Shown here: piece after piece, positions 1-9,994 of the stretch
Layout of the letters: every line of letters starts with the position of its first letter
Position numbering within the stretch: position 1 is the first letter of the stretch
Source: the human T2T-CHM13v2.0 reference genome, Homo sapiens
Assembly (NCBI RefSeq): GCF_009914755.1
Contig: NC_060932.1
DNA: 64,000 nt
Strand: one strand, 5' to 3'
Program-made: the position numbers and the translations under genes
Notes under the pieces: model-generated
Seen by the model: only the letters and a program-made list of their open reading frames with translations
What the model was told of the DNA's origin: nothing
Databases searched by the model: none

Positions 1-131
1 CATTGAGACTCTGAATTCAAAAGGCTTCTGAGAACATGAGCAAAGGCTTATCTTTCTATCCCATTTTATATACTAAAATATTATTTTTCTGTTCAACTCC
101 ATCCTATTTCCCTATTTAAAATATACATATC

Positions 132-460
132 GGCAGGCGTGGTGGCTCACGACTGTAATACCAGCACTTTGGGAGGCTGTGGTGGGAGGATTGTTGAGGC
201 CAGGAGTTTGAGGCTATGGTGAGTTATGATTGCACCATTGCATTCTAGCCTGGGTATGAAAGTGAGACCCTGCCTCTACAAAATAATAATAATAATAGTT
301 CAAAAATAAGTTAGCCAGGCATGGTGGCATGCACCTGTAGTCTCAGCTACTTGAGAGGCTAAGGTGGGAGGATTGCTTGAGCCCAGGATATCAAGGCTGC
401 AGTGACTAGGATTGCACCACTGCACTCCAGCCTGGGAGAGAGAGTGAAACCCCGTCTCTA
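132..460 (+). mobile_element. Old Alu-derived element(s): FAM/AluJ-like monomer plus a right-arm monomer, followed by (TA)n
   Basis: GGCAGGCGTGGTGGCTCAC...CAGCACTTTGGGAGG start, A-rich linker, second arm with CCTGTAGTCTCAGCTACTT...GCACTCCAGCCTGGG; J-type GGATTGCTTGAGCCCAGG. Confidence 0.85.
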
Positions 461-614
461 AATATATACATATATATATATAAATATATTTTTATATATG
501 TAAATTAATATCAAGTTCAGAGTTCATAGTTAATAATTGCCTGAGATTCACTGCCATATTGCCTATTGATACTTTCTAGAAGAAAGGGTAGCCGACACAT
601 AACAAAGTCTCATT

Positions 615-730
615 TTTCCTTGAGTTGAAATTCACACAGCAAAATTAACCATTTGAAAGTCAACAACTCAGTTGCATTTATTGCACTGTTGTGCAACCAC
701 CCCTTCCATCTAGTTCCAAAACCTCTCCAG
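615..730 (-). mobile_element. L1M (L1MB-like) 3' UTR fragment
   Basis: TTCACACAGCAAAATTAACCATTTGAAAGT...GTGCAACCACC...TAGTTCCAAAAC resembles the antisense L1MB 3' end. Confidence 0.55.
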
Positions 731-2514
731 TGGAATTTTAAAAGAAGGACAACTTGTAAAATGACCAATAAACTGTGTTTGTAGAAAATTAATGATTTTA
801 CTTATGGAGAGTGAGAAATTAATAGGTTCTCCCAAAGTAAAGCAAACTCACTGTAACTATCGTATGCAATTAAAATATCTTTCCATATGAAATTCTCACA
901 TCCTCATCTTTGAGATCATTTACTGTATCTTCAGTTACAGAGGATCTAAACTCATAAAGAACAAAATGTACCAGAGTAAATTGCTCATCGTGTTACAGAA
1001 TGAGAACACAGAGCACAGTCAATATCAAGTACTTGATACAGCATCTCACAAAGTAATGCTTAAAATTAAGTCAAATTGTCTGCTCTGAGAACATTTTCAC
1101 TGGGTAAGAATAATCAGTCTTGACTCACCTTTAAAGTGGGCAGAAAAGACATGCCCAGGAAGGTAAAATGAGTTTCATTCATCTCACCTATTTTGCATCA
1201 TAAATAATGTACAAGAACATCACACAGCACATGGATTTGGTTTGCTCTCAGAGAACTTTTCTATTTAGCTGGGGAGAGAGGAATGACAAGAAAAAATAGT
1301 TAAATATTAGCATATTCCAAATTTTCCCTCCACTGATAGGATCTGTGGTAGTTGAGTTTCGCTAGATCAGGCTAAATTAATTCAAGGCATACTTTGGAAC
1401 AATCAGAGAAAATTTGATAAGGAAGTATCTGAATAGGCCATTAAAAGACTTGAAAAAATGGAGAGGAGGAGTATAGAGGGTATTTTAGATAGTTGGCTAT
1501 GAATAAAGCCTGCTGATTTATTAGAGACCCCATAATCTGTGTAATGCAATCCCAATCCAAAGTAAAACCAAACAAAATGTATGTATTGAATGGACAGCCC
1601 AGCTCTAAGTTTGGGACAATCAAATACTGATAGTCTTTGCCTTCAAATAAATTGCATTCTTCAGCCCTGTATACACGATGTAATTAAATGATGACACATG
1701 ACTGTGAACATGTACCCCAATAAATGGTACAGTTAAGAAATGCTGGGTCTATGATTTGGAAAAATGGGAAGGGCTTCGTCAAGGAGCTGAGACCTAGCTG
1801 AGGGCATGTTTTTTGGATAGGTGGAAGAAGCTGACAGATCCATTGGTGTACTTTATCCTCCAGAGAAGCTGCAAGTTTTGAAAGTCAACTTCAGGACATG
1901 GAGCTTTCTTGTGAAAATTATGATTTCATAATTCCTCAGCAAATAAATAAATAATTGCCATTTGTATGTAGGGATCTCTCCAAATGAAACGACTGCTGCC
2001 ATCATTTTTATTTTATGTTAGATACCATGAAGTAAATTCTACTCTTTTGCCAGCCGTAAAATTTAGGAGCAAGAATAAACTTTTTCAGTGATAATATTTT
2101 TAGATTTTGGAGATAATATTTTTAGAGTTATATTGCCAAGATACAGGAAAAAAGTCAAAGAGAAAATAAGTGAGTAATAAGGTCAAAAGCAAAATGTCAT
2201 TTATCATTCTCTTTCATCTGTTGGAGCTACCGTACATTCTTCTGATGATAAAGTAAATAAAAGTAAAGCAGAATGACTAGCTTGAATTCATAGCCTAGCT
2301 TGAATTGATGTAGCTGAGGAATTCTAGTATTTTTTATTTGATGATATTACAGGATGTTTTTCTTCATTGAAGCCAGCTTAGAAGGAAGCTGAAATATTAT
2401 GAAAGTGGATCAGAAATACAAATATATTTTACTTTATTCTGCCAAATCCCATTCTATATTACCGTGTCTCTTCTTGATCCAGGTTGGCATACTAGCATTT
2501 ACTTCCTTATCCTC

Positions 2515-2995
2515 TGTGGCAGATTAATTGTGGCTGCAAATTCTTTGCCACTTTCTCCCTCAAGATTTATTTCTTCTGTCCTTGAGTCTGGGCTGGCACG
2601 GTGACTGCTTAACCAATAGGATGCAGTGGAAATAGTTTGTTCTGCTTTCAGGCACAGACTTTTAAGAGAACTGGCAGCTTGTGTTTTCTTCTTCTTGGGG
2701 TGCTTTCTCTCACAACCTGGCCACCATGCTGTGGGAAGCTCAAGCCACAAGGAGAGGCCACAGGTTGGTGCACCATTTCACAGTGCCGGCTGGCATCTAG
2801 CAGCAGCTGCCGGTCGTCATGTGGGGGAGCCATCTTGAACGTTTCCACCTAGTTGCACCTCACCTGCAGCACCAGCTGACGTCAAATGAAGCGGAAGAAC
2901 CACTCAGCTGAACCCAGTAAACCTACAGAATAAAATGGCGGTTGTTGTAAGCTATTTCCAGGTGGTTTGTTTCACAGCAATACATAACTGAAATC
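2515..2995 (+). mobile_element. MLT1 (ERVL-MaLR, MLT1G/H-like) solo LTR
   Basis: Starts TGTGGCAGATTAA...AAATTCTTTG; internal CCTTGAGTCTGGGC, CCACCATGCTGTGGGAAGCTCAAGCC; AATAAA; ends GGTGGTTTGTTTCACAGCAATACATAACTGAAA. Confidence 0.75.
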
Positions 2996-3309
2996 GCTTC
3001 CCAAGGAAAGTCCTGGAATGAGACCATGGAAGAGCTCATTTGATTTAAATGATAAATAGACAGTATTTAAATGGCCTATGCTTAATTCTTATAATTTCTA
3101 AAAATTATTAGGCAAAATTGTAGAAGTCTTATTTTGGAAACTAGATCCTTTTAAGTTTGTTTACAAATTATATTAAGGTAATAATTCCTATTTCATTGTT
3201 ACATATTCTGGTTCTCATAGTCTCTCCTTGAAGTGGTATGTAATCAATAATATAATCAAATGCACCCTTTTGATGAAATAACAAAAGCAGTATTTTTCAG
3301 CAGAAATAG

Positions 3310-3515
3310 GATGAATCAGAACGTACTCAAATCTTGGCCACATAGCTATGTGTCCATGGCAAAATTACCTAAGCTGCCTGGGCCAATGAAATAAAAAAAA
3401 AATTTAAGATAAATATGGACTGTGTGGGATTAGTGAAGATCAGAAATAATGTATATTATGAACCTAGCAGAGTGCCTGTCACCTGGGTGGAACTCAACAA
3501 AGGTAGCTTTTATTA
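3310..3515 (+). mobile_element. MIR, degraded
   Basis: AGCTATGTGTCCATGGCAAAATTACCTAA and CCTAGCAGAGTGCCTGTCAC...ACTCAACAAAGGTAGC resemble the MIR core and tail. Confidence 0.5.
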
Positions 3516-5849
3516 TTGTGAGGGAGATGGTGATAAAAGGTTAGGTAGTAAAAAATTGTGTAGTTTATTTTTCTAAGAGGACATGGAAATGGGGTGTTCC
3601 TGGGCTTTACTGGGGTGGAGCTTAAAGGGTTAAAATGATATATCCTTGCAGTTTTTCCTACAAACATGCATGTTTTATCCAAAGGAAATTCTGACCTCTA
3701 ACCCCATTCACACTTTCCTTTCTTACTCTTTTATTGCTATAGAGGATTTGATGAAGGCAGAAAGGCAACTTCTGGGTCCTAGTCCCAAGGGTAGAACTAA
3801 TGGAGAATTCTTTTATTCTTCACCTCCCATCCTTCTCCATTTCCCCATTTACATTCTTTTTCCAATTTGGCGGAAAAAAAGCAATGTTATAGGAAGCTGG
3901 CTGTCTGCAGATTAGTCTTAGCACCAAGGTGGAATGACTTTTGGGGGAAAAACAGACACATCCCAAAGTCTGGCTCATGTAGTCCAAGGGAAAGAGTACT
4001 TGTGGCAGTCCATAGGATTCTCTCTCTGATGTGTTGTCCTAGTCTTTGTATAAAATGTTGGTTTTCTCTGTAAGTGTTGGGTATTTTCAGTGTAACAGCT
4101 AGAGCAATGCCCAGTAACTTTTTTTTTTTTTTCTGCTGAATATGTTTGCTCTTAATGGTTGAGGTAAGGTGAATAATTGCTCTTGGTGTAAGTTAAAGAC
4201 CACTTTTCTAAACTATGGGTTATCATGCTTGGTATTTTCTCCTATCTGCCTGACTTGAGGCCACCTGAACCCCATTTTGGTCTTTGAAATTTAGCTGACC
4301 TTGGCCTTGGATGAAATGCTGGTGTATTGAGTATAATAGTTTTGGTTTAGGTCAAAATTGGGGAATTCAGTGCCGTATATTTCAACTGGGTGCTTTTTGA
4401 AGAAATCATAAATTACCCTAGTTTAGCATAAACACCTGCTGATATTGTTTCTGAATATTTACATGAATATTGATCATTGAGATCTTACTATCTTTCAATT
4501 TGAATGCTTTAAATGCTTCAATAGATGTTTTCTACACCGTGAAATTGTATGTCCTTTGCTAGAATCTTTGTAAGAGAGGTCTCACTGCTTTGAAGTCAAA
4601 TAAACCTAGAAAATAAGCATAGGAATTATTTTTAAACACCATTTACTGTGCAGATTATAGAGAGATGAACTCAAGGATAACTCATGTTGCTCATAAACTT
4701 GTCATAGTCATGGTTACATTTATGCAAATTGGCACAGGCTTTTGTTGTTGTTAGTTATAGTACTGCAAACACAGTTTAAGATGTTAAGACCCTTTAAATC
4801 ATGTATAATTATGGACTAATTTCATCTTGAAGGAAGAAGTGATAATATTCTTATCTCCTGCCGTTTAAAGCTGAAACATACCTCAAAGTAGTGGAGATTG
4901 TGCCCTACAAAATATAATGTGCTTAAAGCGGATTTTCTCAGGACTTGAATTCTAAATTTTACTGCTTCAGGGACTCATATGATGGCTATGTAGTATAGAT
5001 TTAGAGAGAGTTTTACAGACTCCTATTGACATAAGTGAACAAAATGGTTCCTTGGAAACCGTTTAGATGTCCAATCACAGTAAGTGTGGATTACAGGTTC
5101 AGATGCATATTGTGTGCAGTGATGTGCAGCACAGTGCTTGGGGAAGCCTGTGGTCTGTATTAAGAACAGTGCATTTCTTCTAGTGTTTTAATGACTGTTG
5201 TTTTAAAAGAAAAAAACAGTCAGCATTGAAACTACTGAAAGGTAAAGCTCCTGAAACCTAACCCAAAAGGCATGCTCTCATAGAAAACTCTTCTTAGTAC
5301 TTTCAGTGCGGTGATAGCTGAGGACATGTGGTATATATTACAGTGCCAGGGAATCCAAACCTCTGCAGTGTGGAGTCACCATGAAAGGCTAATCTAAAAA
5401 TGAAGTGGTAGCTTTGCTCGCATCATAACTCTGTTACTTACTGGTGCTTCCTATTAGCTTGACATTATTAGTCTTCTTTGGGTGAGATAGAATAAATGGA
5501 AATTCAAAGGGGACCACAGCAGGGGATATATGGGCTGCCAACCCCTCCCCTAGCACTCCCTTCCTCCAGCCTGTACTCAGCATTTCTCCCTGGGCATGAC
5601 AAACAAAGTCTTACATAGTCATTGCAAAAAGGGCTAAAGGCAGAGCTGTCCATGGTTAGGAAAAAAATGTTCAAACTGTTGGTTGAAAATCAGGTAATAA
5701 CAGTCCTCTTAGTGAACAAAACTTATTAGAGGGCTAGGGAAGGAATGCTATCTCTCAGCAGCAGGCAGGAAGAAATTGCTGTTGAAAAGCTTACCTCTCT
5801 AGGGAGGAATCAGATAGCAGACTTCAAGCCTCAGGTCCAACCCATAAGG

Positions 5850-6440
5850 TCCCACCTACACCACCCCCCACCCCATCCCCATCCCAGCTTTGTTAGATTG
5901 CTAGCATCGATCGCTGGCTTTCTCTGACCCAACAGTGGGTGAAGGAAAGAGACTGAAAGCTGGCAAGGTGGGGGTGGAAGAAGACTGGGACAGCTTTTGT
6001 AGAGAAAGAAAGAAAAAGGAGGAAAACGGGTGGGGGCCATGGGGACTAGGCTTAACTGATGCCTGCCTGCCTCTCTTTGATTTGATGGCCTTTATTCCTT
6101 CTAATTGGATAAAATAGGAAGTCACTGGCAGTCCTGTGTGGCTGGGGATACTGATTTTACTCAGACCAGCCTGCAGCTCTAGAGTGTGGGTAGAGAGCGG
6201 GGAGTGGGGGTTGGGAGAGGGGGAGGAAAGAGAGAGAGGAGAGAGGACGGGCTTGGATGAAGAAGGGAAAGAAAGAGAAAGAGACTGAAGCAGAGAAGAG
6301 CCGCAGAGGAAGAAAGTGAATGAGCACTCAAGAAGGACAAAGAGGAGTAGTCGGGGGTGGGGTGGAGGCAGGGCGGGGAAGGGAGTGACCGCCCCTCCTG
6401 GCTGCACTCTTGCCTCCGGAGCCCTCTGATCCTGTTTGCA
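5850..6440 (+). promoter_or_regulatory. NRG1: Putative NRG1 type III promoter region (purine-rich, G-runs, GC boxes)
   Basis: Rise in GC content, GA-rich tracts, GGGCGGGG and CCGCCCC GC-box motifs at about 6371-6395, directly upstream of the SMDF exon; the exact TSS cannot be determined from sequence. Confidence 0.55.
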
Positions 6441-7034
6441 GTGATGCTCCGAGGGCAGGCACCTGCTGCTCTGTAATGATTCAGCCCCTTTCAGCCGTCG
6501 TCGCGTTAACACAACAGGATGCTGTTGCTATTGTCACTACTGCCTCTCCTGCCGCCGCTGCTGCTGCCGCCGCCGCCACCGCCGCTGGTCCTCCTTCTGC
6601 TTTTACTTCTCCTGCATGACAGTTGTTTTCTTCATCTGAGCAGACACCAGCTTCAGATGCTCGAGGTGAGAAACATGCCTTTCAGTTTGGGCTACTGGTT
6701 TACTTAATTAATCAGCCGGCAGCTCCGTCGATCTATTTTCGTCCCTGTCCTCTTGACGAGCCCGGGATGGTTTGGAGTAGCATTTAAAAGAACTAGAAAA
6801 GTGGCCCAGAAACAGCAGCTTAAAGAATTATTACGATATACTTTGATTTTGTAGTTGCTAGGAGCTTTTCTTCCCCCCTTGCATCTTTCTGAACTCTTCT
6901 TGATTTTAATAATGGCCTTGGACTTGGACGATTTATCGATTTCCCCCTGTAAGATGCTGTATCATTTGGTTGGGGGGGCCTCTGCGTGGTAATGGACCGT
7001 GAGAGCGGCCAGGCCTTCTTCTGGAGGTGAGCCG
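6440..7034 (+). other. NRG1: Long 5' leader of the type III NRG1 first exon with 10 upstream ATGs (5' boundary approximate)
   Basis: ATGs at 6444, 6476, 6519, 6616, 6657, 6675, 6767, 6912, 6954 and 6992; locally raised CpG; contiguous with the SMDF CDS. Confidence 0.6.
6551..6586 (+). repeat. Imperfect GCC/GCT trinucleotide repeat
   Basis: GCC GCC GCT GCT GCT GCC GCC GCC GCC ACC GCC GCT. Confidence 0.95.
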
Positions 7035-7701
7035 ATGGAGATTTATTCCCCAGACATGTCTGAGGTCGCCGCCGAGAGGTCCTCCAGCCCCTCCACTCAG
7101 CTGAGTGCAGACCCATCTCTTGATGGGCTTCCGGCAGCAGAAGACATGCCAGAGCCCCAGACTGAAGATGGGAGAACCCCTGGACTCGTGGGCCTGGCCG
7201 TGCCCTGCTGTGCGTGCCTAGAAGCTGAGCGCCTGAGAGGTTGCCTCAACTCAGAGAAAATCTGCATTGTCCCCATCCTGGCTTGCCTGGTCAGCCTCTG
7301 CCTCTGCATCGCCGGCCTCAAGTGGGTATTTGTGGACAAGATCTTTGAATATGACTCTCCTACTCACCTTGACCCTGGGGGGTTAGGCCAGGACCCTATT
7401 ATTTCTCTGGACGCAACTGCTGCCTCAGCTGTGTGGGTGTCGTCTGAGGCATACACTTCACCTGTCTCTAGGGCTCAATCTGAAAGTGAGGTTCAAGTTA
7501 CAGTGCAAGGTGACAAGGCTGTTGTCTCCTTTGAACCATCAGCGGCACCGACACCGAAGAATCGTATTTTTGCCTTTTCTTTCTTGCCGTCCACTGCGCC
7601 ATCCTTCCCTTCACCCACCCGGAACCCTGAGGTGAGAACGCCCAAGTCAGCAACTCAGCCACAAACAACAGAAACTAATCTCCAAACTGCTCCTAAACTT
7701 T
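7035..7701 (+). CDS. NRG1: Neuregulin-1 type III (SMDF/CRD-NRG1) first coding exon: 222 codons + 1 nt, with cysteine-rich domain and N-terminal transmembrane segment
   Basis: Translation MEIYSPDMSEVAAERSSSPSTQLSADPSLDGLP...PCCACLEAERLRGCLNSEKICIVPILACLVSLCLCIAGLKWVFVDKIFEYDSPTHLDP...ETNLQTAPKL is the recognisable SMDF N-terminus; 8 Cys, hydrophobic segment at aa 76-100; ends at a consensus donor. Confidence 0.97.
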
Positions 7702-7707
7702 GTAAGT
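7699..7707 (+). other. NRG1: 5' splice donor (TTT|GTAAGT), phase 1, expected to join the EGF-domain exon downstream of this window
   Basis: Perfect GTAAGT at 7702-7707; known type III protein continues ...APKL-S-TSTSTTGTSHL, consistent with a split T|CN codon. Confidence 0.92.
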
Positions 7708-7739
7708 AGAGAGAGAGAGAGAGACGATGATGATGATGA
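7708..7739 (+). repeat. Compound (AG)n-(GAT)n microsatellite next to the donor
   Basis: AGAGAGAGAGAGAGAGA C GATGATGATGATGA. Confidence 0.95.
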
Positions 7740-9970
7740 ATAAAAGGGGTGGGTTTGAGGTCCCCAAAGGACATTTCCCTTTCTTCTTGCATTTTAGTTG
7801 CCTGGTTTTGTTTAAGCAAAGCCTATGTTTGAGATGCTTGGGATGGCATTGAAGGGCCGAGTAAAATGATCTTGCAAACTCCGGATCTGAACCAGTGTTG
7901 TAACAGCAGCTCTCTCTAGCCACATGGCTCAATCTGGTACCGGGAATGAAAAACTTCAGCATCTGCAAGTCATGCTTGAATTTAAGTTAAATTCAATTTA
8001 TTTCTAACACATTTTAAAATTAAAACATCACGCCATCTCTTATGTTTTATAGAAATGTGACTTTCATATACCAGTGAGTATTATTTTGTGTCTTTCTCTT
8101 CCCCATCATAGATTTCCTGTCATCTCTCTGTTACCCTCTACCTCTCAGCGACCCCAAGCTGCCTGTTGTCTCTCTCTCCTTCCCGTTCCCTAACCACTTC
8201 TCCCTACTTTTGTATCTTAATTGGTTCTTTGAGATTACAGCAAGTCTTAAGACATTTACGGTGCTAGCCTCTCACTAGCTTGAGACGACTGCTGTCCTGC
8301 CCAGATGGCACTTTCAGTTAGTGAGCACTTACTAGTGGCAGCTTTATTTTGTCCAGGACACAGTAGGATTCTGCATGAAGGATTTTCCCAAATTAGTTTT
8401 GTCTTCTATAATCAAATGTTTAAATAGCTTCCTTGGCAGTTGTTAAAAAGTACAAGATCCATTAGTGAGGTACATCTTTTTTTTTTTTTTTTTTTGATGT
8501 ATGTCATCTTAGTCTGGCAGATTGCAGCGGCCCAGTTTAATAACCTGTGATGTGCAGAGAGCCCACGCTCTTAAAAACAATACATTCCTGTTTGCATTGA
8601 GTAATTGCAATAGCTTTAGAGTGGAAAGTTGACAGGAATGAAAGCATGACTGTTCTAAATATCAATATAGAAGGGAGGAGTTTTCTGTAGCCTTTTAAAA
8701 ATGTTTCTAGTTTATTTTTGTTGTCTCTATCTCCTATCACTTTTTACCATGAGGAATATTTACTTAGTAGAAAAGTACAAGATCAGAAAATTTGGTTCTT
8801 AATAACTTGCATGAAAGCTCTTAGGGTTAAAAGAGAGTTGACAATTTCTCTGACGAAATGCCTCTTGTTTTTCCTCTGGACAGTAATGAAGAATAAAGAA
8901 TACCTTTTCCAGACATCATGTTCAGTGTGAAGTAGTGCAGCATGTTGTAGAAACACAGAAAAACTTGATTTGTGCTTGTAACTCCCGATCATTTCACGAA
9001 CACCAGATTCAGTGGCAAAGATTTAAAGAAAAAAAAAGTCTTGTTTTCTAGGTGCAATTAGGGAAAACCTCCTTCATGCAGACGCTGCTTTGTATCTTTA
9101 TCAAATCCCTGAAGCATCATTAAAGGTCTGACAGACATCACTGCCTTTGCTGCCTCTTCCCACCTGGCAAAGTGACTGGGAAATAATACCCAGATGAAAT
9201 GACAGGCTATAAAAAGCAAGTACAGATCCTGCAAAAAGAAGCGAAATTCACCAGGAGGACAAGGTTACTTGATCATTTTAAACTTGTCTTTAATTGAAAT
9301 CTGCTTGAACAGGTTTCATTGTCCAGAGAAAGAAAAAAATGCCCTTTGAAAAACACTTCAACTAAATTCTATAATTTTGTCATCTGAGGAAATCAGGAAA
9401 ACAAAGAAACATCTAACACATTTTCCTGATCTAAGACCATGTCAGAAAGTATGTTGTGAAGTTTTGATAAATTATTTTATAAAGTAAATTTTTCTACTAA
9501 GTGTTTTAGTAGATTACATATTCCTTATCAGTTTTTTTTTCCCCAAGCCAGGGCATTGATATTGTGGCATCTGCAATAAATGGGAAAGATTTACTGCTGC
9601 CTAAAAGCATCATTGTGGCCAGTTTGACCAGATGCACAGCTGCAACGTTTTGAAGTGCATCGGAGATAAGCCTAGAGAAGCAGTCTGGGAAGTAGTTTTC
9701 TCCTGAAAAGTTAGGGGTAGACAGTTAGTTGGTTAAGACTTTGAAACCTATAAGGAAACTCTGTTAATTTTTTAGACTAGTTCCTTAAAAAAACATCAAA
9801 TCTTGTATTGTAAAAATTGTGAGACTACTTTTTTTGGGGGTGGGGAGAGGTTGTTGTGGGGAGAGTAGTGTTTGAAAGGGATTGGTCCAGGCAGCTTTGT
9901 TTTTAGAGACTTGTAAGTGGTTGTTTTTGTTGTTGTTTAAAAAGGTTGTAACCACTAATTAATGGAAAGC

Positions 9971-9994
9971 AAAAAAAAAAAAAAAAAAAAAAAA
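9971..9994 (+). repeat. Poly(A) tract (about 24 nt)
   Basis: Uninterrupted A run. Confidence 0.9.

Noticed and set aside
2090-2310. Short local duplications (GATAATATTTTTAGA x2; CTAGCTTGAATT x2)
   Set aside because: Two-copy microduplications typical of slippage; not an array.
5901-6512. 203-aa minus-strand ORF
   Set aside because: Ser/Leu/Pro/Phe bias is what the reverse complement of purine-rich low-complexity promoter DNA produces; no recognisable domain.
6999-7034. 12-aa N-terminal extension of NRG1 in the ORF track (MRAARPSSGGEP)
   Set aside because: It starts at GTG, not ATG; the known protein begins MEIYSP at 7035, and an in-frame TAA at 6990 closes the frame upstream.
6820-7339. 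Antisense ORFs overlapping the NRG1 exon
   Set aside because: Shadow frames of GC-rich coding and leader sequence; no independent support.
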